Shown in pieces: positions 21,530 to 30,411 of a stretch of 64,000 nt of DNA. A program made the position numbers and the translations under genes. This stretch comes from a virus. Its lineage: Duplodnaviria; Caudoviricetes. Position 1 is the first letter of the stretch. Every line of letters starts with the position of its first letter. Location of the stretch: IMG/VR virus record IMGVR_UViG_3300043021_000113. One strand, written 5' to 3'. The notes under the pieces are model-generated. The model was given only the letters and a program-made list of their open reading frames with translations, was not told where the DNA came from and searched no databases.

Positions 21530-23122
21530 TTATTCAATAATAACATTTCCACTACCATTATAAAATGTCCCAATATCATTAATTGTTACCGGATTATTAT
21601 TAATTTTACAATTAGTAATAGTTGTAGTTGTATTTCCCCATTTTTCTATTCTACCAGAAAAAGAACCAACTTCTCTTGTATTATTATTTGAATTTATTTT
21701 AATATTGTTTAATTCACAATTAGAAAATACACCATTAGCTATACCACATGTTAAACCACCAATACGTCCATTTATACTTTCTAATTGAATATTATTAATA
21801 CTTACACTATTACAAATTATATCAGTATTTAAATATCCAGCAAAACCGCCAACAGCATCATCGGTAACTTTTATTAAAGAGTTATCATTGGCTTCTAATT
21901 TTATATTCATATATTCAGAATTTCCAGTTTCACTTCCAATAATTCCACCAGCATATCTATTAGCAGTAATATTAATTAAACCTTTAACAGTTATATTTTG
22001 ATATTTATTTTCTCTAGATTCAGCAGAAACAACAGAAACAATTTGATTTCCTATTATAGTTGCATTTTCAAATGTAACATTTTTAATTTCTCCTGAAGAA
22101 ACATAACCAAAAAATCCAACACAACTTTCATTTTCTTTATTAATATTTAAATTTTTAATAGTGTAATTTTGACCATCAAATATTCCAGAAAATGGATTAT
22201 GATTAGAATAATTACCAATTGGCTCCCAATTTTCATCTGTTAAATCGATATTAGATGTTAATTTGATAGTTTTTCCAGAATAACTTTCACCAGAATTTAC
22301 GGCATCTCTAAAAGCTTTTAATTCACTTAAATTTGAAATTTCAAGATCTGTTGATTCATAATAAATAGTGTCCCATTCTTTAGAATAACTAATAGTAATT
22401 ATTGGACTTATAGAATCAAAATTATTAACAGTTAAAACAGTATTTGTATTTTCAATAACATCAACTATTTTTGTAATAGTTTTATTATTAATAGTTACTC
22501 TTACAACTGCATTTTTTACTGTCTCATCAACAAAACCAAAAGCTTCAGCAATGAAATTTTCTTTAGGTGTACAATCTTTTGTTATTGTTCCAGTTGCTTT
22601 AACTTTTCCTGTTGTAATATCAAAAGCAACACCCAATCTTTCAATCTCAATTTTTGCTGATTCTGCAACAGTGAGACCATCTTTTGATAAGACTTGAATT
22701 TTAGCATAAGGTCTTTTTAAAATAATTTTTTTATCAGTTGATTTAGTAACAGTGAATGTTTCTGATGCATAAAATGAATCTTCATGATTTAAATCAGTAA
22801 CAAAAGTTTCATGAAATGCATCTTTATTTCCATTACCTGATAACCAAAAATTAAAAGTATAATCTTGACCTATCGTTACGCTTTCACTTATTAAAATATT
22901 ATCTCCTGAAACATCTTTTGATTTTACACCACTACCAAATGAATAAAACAATTTAGCTGTTCCATCTGTTTTAGTTTTTATTTGGTTTGAATCAAAAGAC
23001 AAATTAAAACTAACTACTGCTTCTTCTCCATTTTCAACTTCATTTACTACTTCCTCATTTTTACTACATGAAGTTATAGTCAAAGCTGCTAATCCAGTGA
23101 TTATTAAATTTTTAAAATTCAT
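21530..23122 (-). CDS. surface lipoprotein, paralog 2
   Basis: Lipobox ITSC then SKNEE; same motifs. Confidence 0.75.
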   Translation of the reverse strand: MNFKNLIITGLAALTITSCSKNEEVVNEVENGEEAVVSFNLSFDSNQIKTKTDGTAKLFYSFGSGVKSKDVSGDNILISESVTIGQDYTFNFWLSGNGNKDAFHETFVTDLNHEDSFYASETFTVTKSTDKKIILKRPYAKIQVLSKDGLTVAESAKIEIERLGVAFDITTGKVKATGTITKDCTPKENFIAEAFGFVDETVKNAVVRVTINNKTITKIVDVIENTNTVLTVNNFDSISPIITISYSKEWDTIYYESTDLEISNLSELKAFRDAVNSGESYSGKTIKLTSNIDLTDENWEPIGNYSNHNPFSGIFDGQNYTIKNLNINKENESCVGFFGYVSSGEIKNVTFENATIIGNQIVSVVSAESRENKYQNITVKGLINITANRYAGGIIGSETGNSEYMNIKLEANDNSLIKVTDDAVGGFAGYLNTDIICNSVSINNIQLESINGRIGGLTCGIANGVFSNCELNNIKINSNNNTREVGSFSGRIEKWGNTTTTITNCKINNNPVTINDIGTFYNGSGNVIIE

Positions 23123-23138
23123 AATAGAAAATAAAATT

Positions 23139-23167
23139 AAACCTGGCAGTGTTTAGCTGCCAGGTTT
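23139..23167. terminator. perfect hairpin between lipoprotein genes
   Basis: AAACCTGGCAG-N7-CTGCCAGGTTT. Confidence 0.55.
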
Positions 23168-23178
23168 GGGTTAATTTA

Positions 23179-24891
23179 TTAGTTGTTATTAATGATAAGT
23201 TGACCAAGACCTATGTTTTTGTCTTCATTTACTGTTTCATAAGCAGCACCAAGATCATTTATTTCTACTGGTTTACCATCAATTGTACATCTAGTAAGAG
23301 TTACTTTGTAACCTGTTGCATTATGCCATGTACCAGAAAATGCTGCTACATCTGAATCTCCATCATAAGTACCATTTGTTTTTACTCTTTTAGCAGTTAC
23401 ATCAACAGTTTTACAGTCTACATAATTAGTGCCATAATGAGCAATACCAACAAATCCACCAATATTACGAGTTGAACCAACAACGTCCAAACCTTGAATT
23501 AAAATATTAGTCATTGTTAAACTATTACTTGAACTTTCACCCATGAATCCAGCGAAACCTCCTACATAAGTTCTATAATCTGTCGTACCATCAAAAGAAT
23601 TTGCATATACTTTAGAACCTGTTTCAGCGATTAGTTCAATATTTTCGCAATTTGCATAAACATTCTTACCAAATACACCTCCAACATAAGCGAAACCTTC
23701 TACGTTAATTGTACCTTTTACAGTTATATTTTCATATGTAGAAGTATAAGGACAACCAGCAACAACACCAACATTCAAACGACCTTTAACAGTTGCGTTA
23801 TTAAAGTTTAGGTTTTTAACTGATCCATTCTGAGTATAACCAAAGAAACCAGCATTACTTCTATCTGCAATTTCTACTTTATTTGTTAAATTAATATTTA
23901 AATTGCTAATAGTGAAACCTTGACCATCAAAGTTGCCTTCAAATTTGTTTGTAGCATTACCAATTGGTTCCCATACTTTATTTTCAAGATCAATATTAGT
24001 CATCAATCTTACAGTTCTACCTTTGTAGCTATCTACACCAGTATTTACTGCATTACGGAAAGCTTCAAGTTCAGCACGATCACGAATGCTCAATTCACCT
24101 TTTACTTCATCAGTTTTTGAACCTGCCCAATCTGCATAACTTACACTAATAGTTGGAGTTCCACCCATTCCATCGAAACTATCAACAGTTAAAGTGGTAA
24201 TCATGTTTTGCTGAACTGCAACTGTTTTCTTTAAAGTTGCACCTTTAAATGTAACTTCAACTTTTACTGAATCTTCATCTTTATTTGCAAAACCAATAAT
24301 AGAACCTAAACTTGTAGATTCTTTAAGGGTAGAATTTGCACTAAGTGGAGTTTCAGATTTTGTCATTTCTCCTGTTGTAACATTGAATTTATCACCTAAA
24401 CCATCAACTGTAATTGTTGAATTTCCCGTAAGCTTACTTGTTGATACAACAACAATTTTAGCATATGGTCTTACAAGTGTAGTTGATATAGTTTGACCCT
24501 GAGCTTTGAATTCTTCTGATCCATAGAATGAATCTTCATTTTTAAGATCAGAAATTATTTCACCATTTGTAAATGGATTTTCAATTCCAGCTCCTGAATG
24601 CCAAAAATTAAACTTATATGTATTGCCATTTGTTAATTCTTCAGAAATAAGAGTACTTGAAGCTGGTTTTTGTTCGTCATATGTAAAACCATTATTTTCA
24701 TTTTGTTCACCTATAACATACCAAAGCTTAGTTCCTCCAGCTTTTGTCATCATTTGGCTGTCATCAAGAGTTACATTAAAGTTAACCATTGATCTTCCAT
24801 CAGTAGTTCCGCAGAACTCTTCATTGTCATTTACACATGCGGTTAGTGCAAGGGCACCTAAGCCCATAATCGCAAAATTCTTTAGTTTCAT
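23179..24891 (-). CDS. surface lipoprotein, paralog 1
   Basis: Lipobox LTAC then VNDNEE; same motifs. Confidence 0.75.
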   Translation of the reverse strand: MKLKNFAIMGLGALALTACVNDNEEFCGTTDGRSMVNFNVTLDDSQMMTKAGGTKLWYVIGEQNENNGFTYDEQKPASSTLISEELTNGNTYKFNFWHSGAGIENPFTNGEIISDLKNEDSFYGSEEFKAQGQTISTTLVRPYAKIVVVSTSKLTGNSTITVDGLGDKFNVTTGEMTKSETPLSANSTLKESTSLGSIIGFANKDEDSVKVEVTFKGATLKKTVAVQQNMITTLTVDSFDGMGGTPTISVSYADWAGSKTDEVKGELSIRDRAELEAFRNAVNTGVDSYKGRTVRLMTNIDLENKVWEPIGNATNKFEGNFDGQGFTISNLNINLTNKVEIADRSNAGFFGYTQNGSVKNLNFNNATVKGRLNVGVVAGCPYTSTYENITVKGTINVEGFAYVGGVFGKNVYANCENIELIAETGSKVYANSFDGTTDYRTYVGGFAGFMGESSSNSLTMTNILIQGLDVVGSTRNIGGFVGIAHYGTNYVDCKTVDVTAKRVKTNGTYDGDSDVAAFSGTWHNATGYKVTLTRCTIDGKPVEINDLGAAYETVNEDKNIGLGQLIINNN

Positions 24892-24963
24892 AAAAAATTT
24901 AAAAATTTAAAAAAAATTAAAAAGTTAATAATTAAGTTAATTTAACCGTTATCCTATACACGG

Positions 24964-25326
24964 TCAAGGTTTAATATTTTTTAAAACATCTTGAATTATA
25001 GATGCTTTCTTTTTTGCTTTTTCAAACTCTAAAATCCAACTGTTAAGTTCGATTTCATCGCTTATTACTTCTCCAAATAAATTATGAACACAAACTCCGT
25101 CATCCTCAACTGTTATTGAAAAATCACCGTTTGGTTCTTCTATTTCACAATAAGAATTATTTTTATATTCAGAAAAGCTAGTTTTAAGTGCTAAAATAAA
25201 ACTATCAATTGATCGTCCTTTTACTACAACCCCATTTAAAAACCCACAAATAAGATATCTTATTTCCCAGTCATCTTTGGTTACGTATAATTCAGCACCA
25301 GCATTTAATTTGCCTATATAATGCAT
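24964..25326 (-). CDS. hypothetical protein
   Basis: ORF. Confidence 0.65.
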   Translation of the reverse strand: MHYIGKLNAGAELYVTKDDWEIRYLICGFLNGVVVKGRSIDSFILALKTSFSEYKNNSYCEIEEPNGDFSITVEDDGVCVHNLFGEVISDEIELNSWILEFEKAKKKASIIQDVLKNIKP

Positions 25327-25332
25327 TTTAAT

Positions 25333-25713
25333 TTATCTTTTCTTTATCTTAAGAATTTTTACATTCTTAGGGTTAAAAACTATTGTTATATTTTGCATTA
25401 ACTCTTGGTTATCATCAATCCCAACAAATCTTATACTATCGTAACCTTCTAGATATGCTCTGTTTATTTCTCCTGTAAAACTCAAGCCTTGCTTGTGCAA
25501 ATCTTCTTTGGTTCCTTTAATGATTTTTATTGTTTTATAAGATAATTCACAAGTTAATTGAAACTCCCTGTCAAGGATAGTGCCTTTTTTGGGTTTTTCG
25601 TTATCAGTAAAGAAAATTGCATTTTTAATGCCTTTCTTAAATTCTGAAAAATAATTATTAAAAGAGCCATTGAATTTCTCCAATGGCTCGTTTGAATAAT
25701 GAAAAACAACCAT
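25333..25713 (-). CDS. ADP-ribosyltransferase-like (ART-PolyVal-type) protein
   Basis: VFH.S, IFFT, GYDSI, IVFNP.NVKI pattern recalled for this family. Confidence 0.5.
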   Translation of the reverse strand: MVVFHYSNEPLEKFNGSFNNYFSEFKKGIKNAIFFTDNEKPKKGTILDREFQLTCELSYKTIKIIKGTKEDLHKQGLSFTGEINRAYLEGYDSIRFVGIDDNQELMQNITIVFNPKNVKILKIKKR

Positions 25714-25724
25714 TTTTTAATAGT

Positions 25725-25937
25725 CTATAAGCTGAAAACCTCTTCTCTAATTTTAACGATTTTATCTGTTGTTACTTCTAAAATCTTTTTAAAGACATTT
25801 GGTTTTATTTGTTGCACAATGTCTAATTTGTCATTATCTCTCATGTTCTCCTTACAAAATCTTATTGCTTCTGATTTATTAAGAAAAGAACCTAAGTGTG
25901 CATCCTCTGAATATATATTGTAAATTGATACTTGCAT
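25725..25937 (-). CDS. hypothetical protein
   Basis: ORF. Confidence 0.6.
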   Translation of the reverse strand: MQVSIYNIYSEDAHLGSFLNKSEAIRFCKENMRDNDKLDIVQQIKPNVFKKILEVTTDKIVKIREEVFSL

Positions 25938-26924
25938 ATTTAAAATTTGGTTTTGATTTTATGAATAATTATTGATATAATAAAAGCCGCTATGCTTATT
26001 CCTAGAACAAACATCGCAGCTAAAAGTATAATTGCCACTATTCTTTATTTTTATATTTAAAAATAATTAATATTATAGAGCTAATTATAAAAGCACAGAT
26101 AAAAGATCCTTCAGCACATAAAGCAATAAGTAGCCATATAATAAAGCCAAGGATAATTACAAAGACAAGAATTGTATTTATAATGTCCAGCATGTTTTAT
26201 AAAAGTATTTCAAAAATCAAAAAGAAAAATGAAACTATAATTAGCCAGCCAAAAATTACAAATCCAACTGATTTAAGAATAGGTTTTATCCAATCATCTT
26301 TACTCATAACTTATTATTTGCTAGTTTTACTACACCATGCCATAAATCCGGAAATCAACAATGCTGGAATTCCAATTATAGGACAAGCAAAAATAATCAT
26401 TATTAAAAGAATAATTCCTAAAATTTTCATTTTTAATGATCTTTAAAGTGTATTATAATATTATATAAAACTAATCCCAAAAATAAAACTCCACTTATGA
26501 TATATAAAATCGGGTTGACTATGTCGATATAAGCTATTATGCCAATTATTATTAATATAGACCAACCAAGAACAGAGAAAAATTCTTTCATTATTTACTC
26601 TTTAATTGATCCATAACATAACAAACAAGCAAAACTAAAACTCCTATACTTATAATTCCCCAGATCCAGGCACCTATAATGTAACCTAAATCACAATCCG
26701 CAAAATAAATTGCTAAGTAACTTGTACCAGCTAATAGTGCAATAATCTTTATTAAATTATCCATTACTATTTACACTTACTTTCAAGTGTGAAGTTTTAT
26801 ATGTTAATAAATTAAGTTATATTATTTTTTAAATAAAATTATTCCATCAGCAGTTAGTTTTAAAAACTAACTACTGACTTCCTCTTACTAATTAACAATA
26901 AGAAAAATTAGGAATAATTAAAGT

Positions 26925-27320
26925 TTAAAGGTTAATAGAACGTAATTGTTTGAGAATATAATTCGCGGTTTCTTTTGTTACTGAAGCATTAATAACAATT
27001 GCGCCATCTTTTATGCCATCAATTGATACTTTATTTTCTCCTTCAGTAACGTTAATTTCTGCTTTCATGCCATTTGATGCTTTAACTATTGCATTAGCAG
27101 AATTGCTCGTAGTTTTGAAATCTACAAGTTCAAAAGTTATTAATGTTTTATCGCCAACGTTAGCGTAAACTTTGGTTAAATTATCATTAGCTGTTAGTTC
27201 TATTGCATTAAAAGAACCTAAAGTTATTGTGTTATCTACTGGTTTATCAGCTGCAAATGCTTTAATACCAACAGTTATAACAACAAACGTAATAATAAGC
27301 CAAAATACAAACTTTCTCAT
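26925..27320 (-). CDS. secreted hypothetical protein
   Basis: Signal peptide ending KAFA. Confidence 0.7.
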   Translation of the reverse strand: MRKFVFWLIITFVVITVGIKAFAADKPVDNTITLGSFNAIELTANDNLTKVYANVGDKTLITFELVDFKTTSNSANAIVKASNGMKAEINVTEGENKVSIDGIKDGAIVINASVTKETANYILKQLRSINL

Positions 27321-27462
27321 AATTTTTTACACTTACTCTCAAGTGTGAAGTTTTAAATAATTAATATTTTATATTATTTTATTAAATAATAAATTATAGC
27401 GTAAAGTGATATTAGCAAATAAACTGTAAATAATGCTAATGTAACACTTTTTAAAAATCTTT

Positions 27463-27819
27463 TCATTGTTTTTTGTTTTGATAGACTATGCGTTTATTAT
27501 CTGGTGAGACAAAAATTACGCTTGAACTATCTTTGGCTATCTTAATATGTGATAAATTCTTATCTTTGATCACGTAATTTTTAAATTTTCCGTGATCATG
27601 CGTTGAGGTGTATTTATATTTCAAACATTCTCTTTTCTCGTTAAAATATAAAATTACTTTTTCTTTTTCATCAACCCAAAATTCGCTTGGTTCTGTATCA
27701 TAATAAATCGCATTGTTATTCTCATAAAAATTTATAAGATCAAAACGATTTACAAACTTAGTCTCTTGGGCATTAGCGCCCAAGAAAACTAAGCATAACA
27801 AATAAAAAATATGTTTCAT
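27463..27819 (-). CDS. secreted hypothetical protein
   Basis: Signal peptide ANA-Q (Bacteroidota Q-rule). Confidence 0.7.
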   Translation of the reverse strand: MKHIFYLLCLVFLGANAQETKFVNRFDLINFYENNNAIYYDTEPSEFWVDEKEKVILYFNEKRECLKYKYTSTHDHGKFKNYVIKDKNLSHIKIAKDSSSVIFVSPDNKRIVYQNKKQ

Positions 27820-28158
27820 TTACTGAAGCCTTATAAAATTAGAGCCGTTTTCTTGATGGATCTCCCAACCTTTATTTATCTTTTCAAAATAACATTTATT
27901 ATCTGAACATTTAAGTTGGACATAATATCTATTTTTATTTTTATTTATTATTTCAAACTCCATCGTTTTTGAAAGCCCTTTCTCTTTATCTCGCATTTCT
28001 AAAAAAATTGATTGATCTTTAATAATTATTGTTCCGTTAACTTTAAATATATTCTCTGTTTCGGATTCATAATATGTAGAAAAATCAAACTTTTTTTGAC
28101 TGCAACTTGAAAGTATAAATGAAAAACTAATTATAATTAAATAAATAAAATTTTTCAT
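27820..28158 (-). CDS. small lipoprotein
   Basis: MKNFIYLIIISFSFILSSC. Confidence 0.7.
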   Translation of the reverse strand: MKNFIYLIIISFSFILSSCSQKKFDFSTYYESETENIFKVNGTIIIKDQSIFLEMRDKEKGLSKTMEFEIINKNKNRYYVQLKCSDNKCYFEKINKGWEIHQENGSNFIRLQ

Positions 28159-28496
28159 TGTAGTTTTATATGATCATAACCATTTTCTTTATAAAGTTCC
28201 CAACCATTATTGGTTTTTTCAATATAACCTTTAAATATTATAGGTGCACTTTTAGAATGAATATAATATTTATCACCAGTTTTATTTATTATTCTAAATT
28301 CTTCACTAGAAAATTCATTGTTTTCATCTATTATTTCCATAAAAATTGAATAATCATCAATAATTAATTTTCCTTTAATATTACTTGATTTGTTATCACT
28401 AAAATCATATACTGAAGAAAATTTAATTTCTTTTTGATGATAGCTTGAAAGTATAAATACAAAACTAGCTATAATTAAATAAATAAAATTTTTCAT
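28155..28496 (-). CDS. paralog of 27820-28158 lacking the lipobox Cys
   Basis: MKNFIYLIIASFVFILSSY; start moved to 28496. Confidence 0.7.
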   Translation of the reverse strand: MKNFIYLIIASFVFILSSYHQKEIKFSSVYDFSDNKSSNIKGKLIIDDYSIFMEIIDENNEFSSEEFRIINKTGDKYYIHSKSAPIIFKGYIEKTNNGWELYKENGYDHIKLQ

Positions 28497-28498
28497 TG

Positions 28499-28846
28499 TT
28501 AAAGCCAAATTAATTTCTTTTTTATGTTCTTTTTGTATTTTTCCCATTCTTCGTTTAATTTTTCAGGACTTAAAAGATAATCGCTCATAATAACTGGTAA
28601 ATCTTTACAACCACCAAAAACTTTTTCGTTATTTTGATAAGCATCATATTTAGTATAAATATATAAACCGTAATCATAAACTTTATTATATATAAAAAAA
28701 CCACCTCCAAAAGCTACAAATTCTTTTTTATTTAAAAAATAACCTTTAGTTCCTGTTCTTAAATCATAAACATTTAATGGTATAGCATTAGCATAATGAT
28801 CAAAACCGTCTCTAAGTCTAAAATCTTCTCCTATTTTTATCATCAT
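28499..28846 (-). CDS. hypothetical protein, paralog of 29366-29671
   Basis: N(V/I)YD..T..KG..LNK..F ... FG..D(L/I)PV..SD. Confidence 0.7.
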   Translation of the reverse strand: MMIKIGEDFRLRDGFDHYANAIPLNVYDLRTGTKGYFLNKKEFVAFGGGFFIYNKVYDYGLYIYTKYDAYQNNEKVFGGCKDLPVIMSDYLLSPEKLNEEWEKYKKNIKKKLIWL

Positions 28847-28899
28847 TAATTACGCTTAACCTATACAGCATTAGGTTTTAAATTATTTTTATTTTATTT

Positions 28900-29331
28900 T
28901 TATAAACATTGAAACCTTATTGTTTTATCTCCGAATTCTTCTGGAATATATAACATCCATTTTTTATCAGAAAAAATCTTTCTAATGTAATATTTAAAAC
29001 CAGAATCTTTATTTTCTACAAAATATTTATATTCTTTGAATTCTTCATTTTCAATTGTTGTTTCAATATCTAATATTTTAAATTCTATGTAAAACTTAAC
29101 ATCAGTATTTTTATTAATAAAATTTAAAATTATTTCTTCTTTTGTTTCAATAACATTTCCGTTTAAATAGTTAAAGTCAGGAATTTTCCCACTATTTATT
29201 ACTTCTTGGCAATAATCAAGAGTTAATTTTGGTGTTGTTATTTCTCTATCTTTAAAATCCTTTGTTTTATTATTACAGCTTGAAAATATAACAATAAAAC
29301 TAGCTATAATTAAATATAGAATATTTCTCAT
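28900..29331 (-). CDS. small lipoprotein
   Basis: MRNILYLIIASFIVIFSSC. Confidence 0.7.
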   Translation of the reverse strand: MRNILYLIIASFIVIFSSCNNKTKDFKDREITTPKLTLDYCQEVINSGKIPDFNYLNGNVIETKEEIILNFINKNTDVKFYIEFKILDIETTIENEEFKEYKYFVENKDSGFKYYIRKIFSDKKWMLYIPEEFGDKTIRFQCL

Positions 29332-29365
29332 TTTTAATTGCATTTAACCTTTATAATGCTAGGTT

Positions 29366-29671
29366 TTAATTATTATTATTTATCCATTCTTTCTCCATTT
29401 CTTCAAGCTCTAAAACTTTATCGCTAACAAGAACTGGTATATCATTATTTCCAAAGAATTTCTTTGAATGTTCCCAATCATCAACTTTACAATATATGTG
29501 TTTATTGTAAAAATAACCGTCAGGATGTATGTTTGCTGTATTTTCACCATAAAACATCCATCTATGATCAATCATTATAAAATTATTTTTATTTAAATTT
29601 ATTCCTTTATCTTTTGTTTTAATGTCATAAATATTTACAGGATCAAATTTACTTATAATTTCATTTATCAC
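29366..29671 (-). CDS. hypothetical protein
   Basis: Paralog of 28499-28846. Confidence 0.7.
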   Translation of the reverse strand: MINEIISKFDPVNIYDIKTKDKGINLNKNNFIMIDHRWMFYGENTANIHPDGYFYNKHIYCKVDDWEHSKKFFGNNDIPVLVSDKVLELEEMEKEWINNNN

Positions 29672-29715
29672 TTTAAAATACGCTTAGCCTTTACAACGTT
29701 AGGTTTATATATTAT

Positions 29716-30357
29716 TTAATCAATATTCCAATAATCTATTTCTTCATTTAATATTGCTTCATCCCAAGATAATTCATATCCTGTAGAAGTATAATCATTT
29801 TCTCTTAAATATTTAAATTTACATTTAAGCGTAAATTCTTTAGATTTACTAACTAATTTTTTATATTCTTTTTCATCAAAAATAATATTATATATTTTAT
29901 TATCAGTTAAACACTGTACACAATAAAGATTATTTTCAATAGATTTATAATAAATTTGACGAGATTTTATTTTTATTTCTTCATTAGTTAAAGCATTAAA
30001 TATTTTTAAATAAGAAATATTAAAAGGAGACCAAGAAGAATATTTAAATATATTTGAAAATTTAAATTTTACTTCTGCTTCAAAATCTTTATAAGTTTCA
30101 TTCCATTTTTTTTCAATTTCTTTTATATTTAATTTATATTTAGAATATAAAATTGGAATTTCATTATATTTATTTTTATTATAATTATTTAAATATTCAA
30201 TTTTACAATAAAAAAAACCATTCCAACCAATATTTCCCCATTTTACTTCTTCATTATAAATTGTCCATTCATCATTTATTTTTTTAAAAGAATTTTTATT
30301 TAAAGAATCAAAATTTAATGAATGATAATAACAATTTACAAATTCATTATTATTCAT
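29716..30357 (-). CDS. hypothetical protein
   Basis: N-terminal half resembles the same family (LNKNSF..I...W..Y, YCK, IPIL.S). Confidence 0.65.
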   Translation of the reverse strand: MNNNEFVNCYYHSLNFDSLNKNSFKKINDEWTIYNEEVKWGNIGWNGFFYCKIEYLNNYNKNKYNEIPILYSKYKLNIKEIEKKWNETYKDFEAEVKFKFSNIFKYSSWSPFNISYLKIFNALTNEEIKIKSRQIYYKSIENNLYCVQCLTDNKIYNIIFDEKEYKKLVSKSKEFTLKCKFKYLRENDYTSTGYELSWDEAILNEEIDYWNID

Positions 30358-30411
30358 AACAACTCTGCGCTTAATCTACACAACGCCTAGACTTTAAATA
30401 AATTAATTAGT

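Noticed and set aside
4233-24910. Plus-strand ORFs in the track (e.g. 4614, 9445, 10691, 11424, 20741, 24623)
   Set aside because: Antisense shadows of well-supported minus-strand genes.
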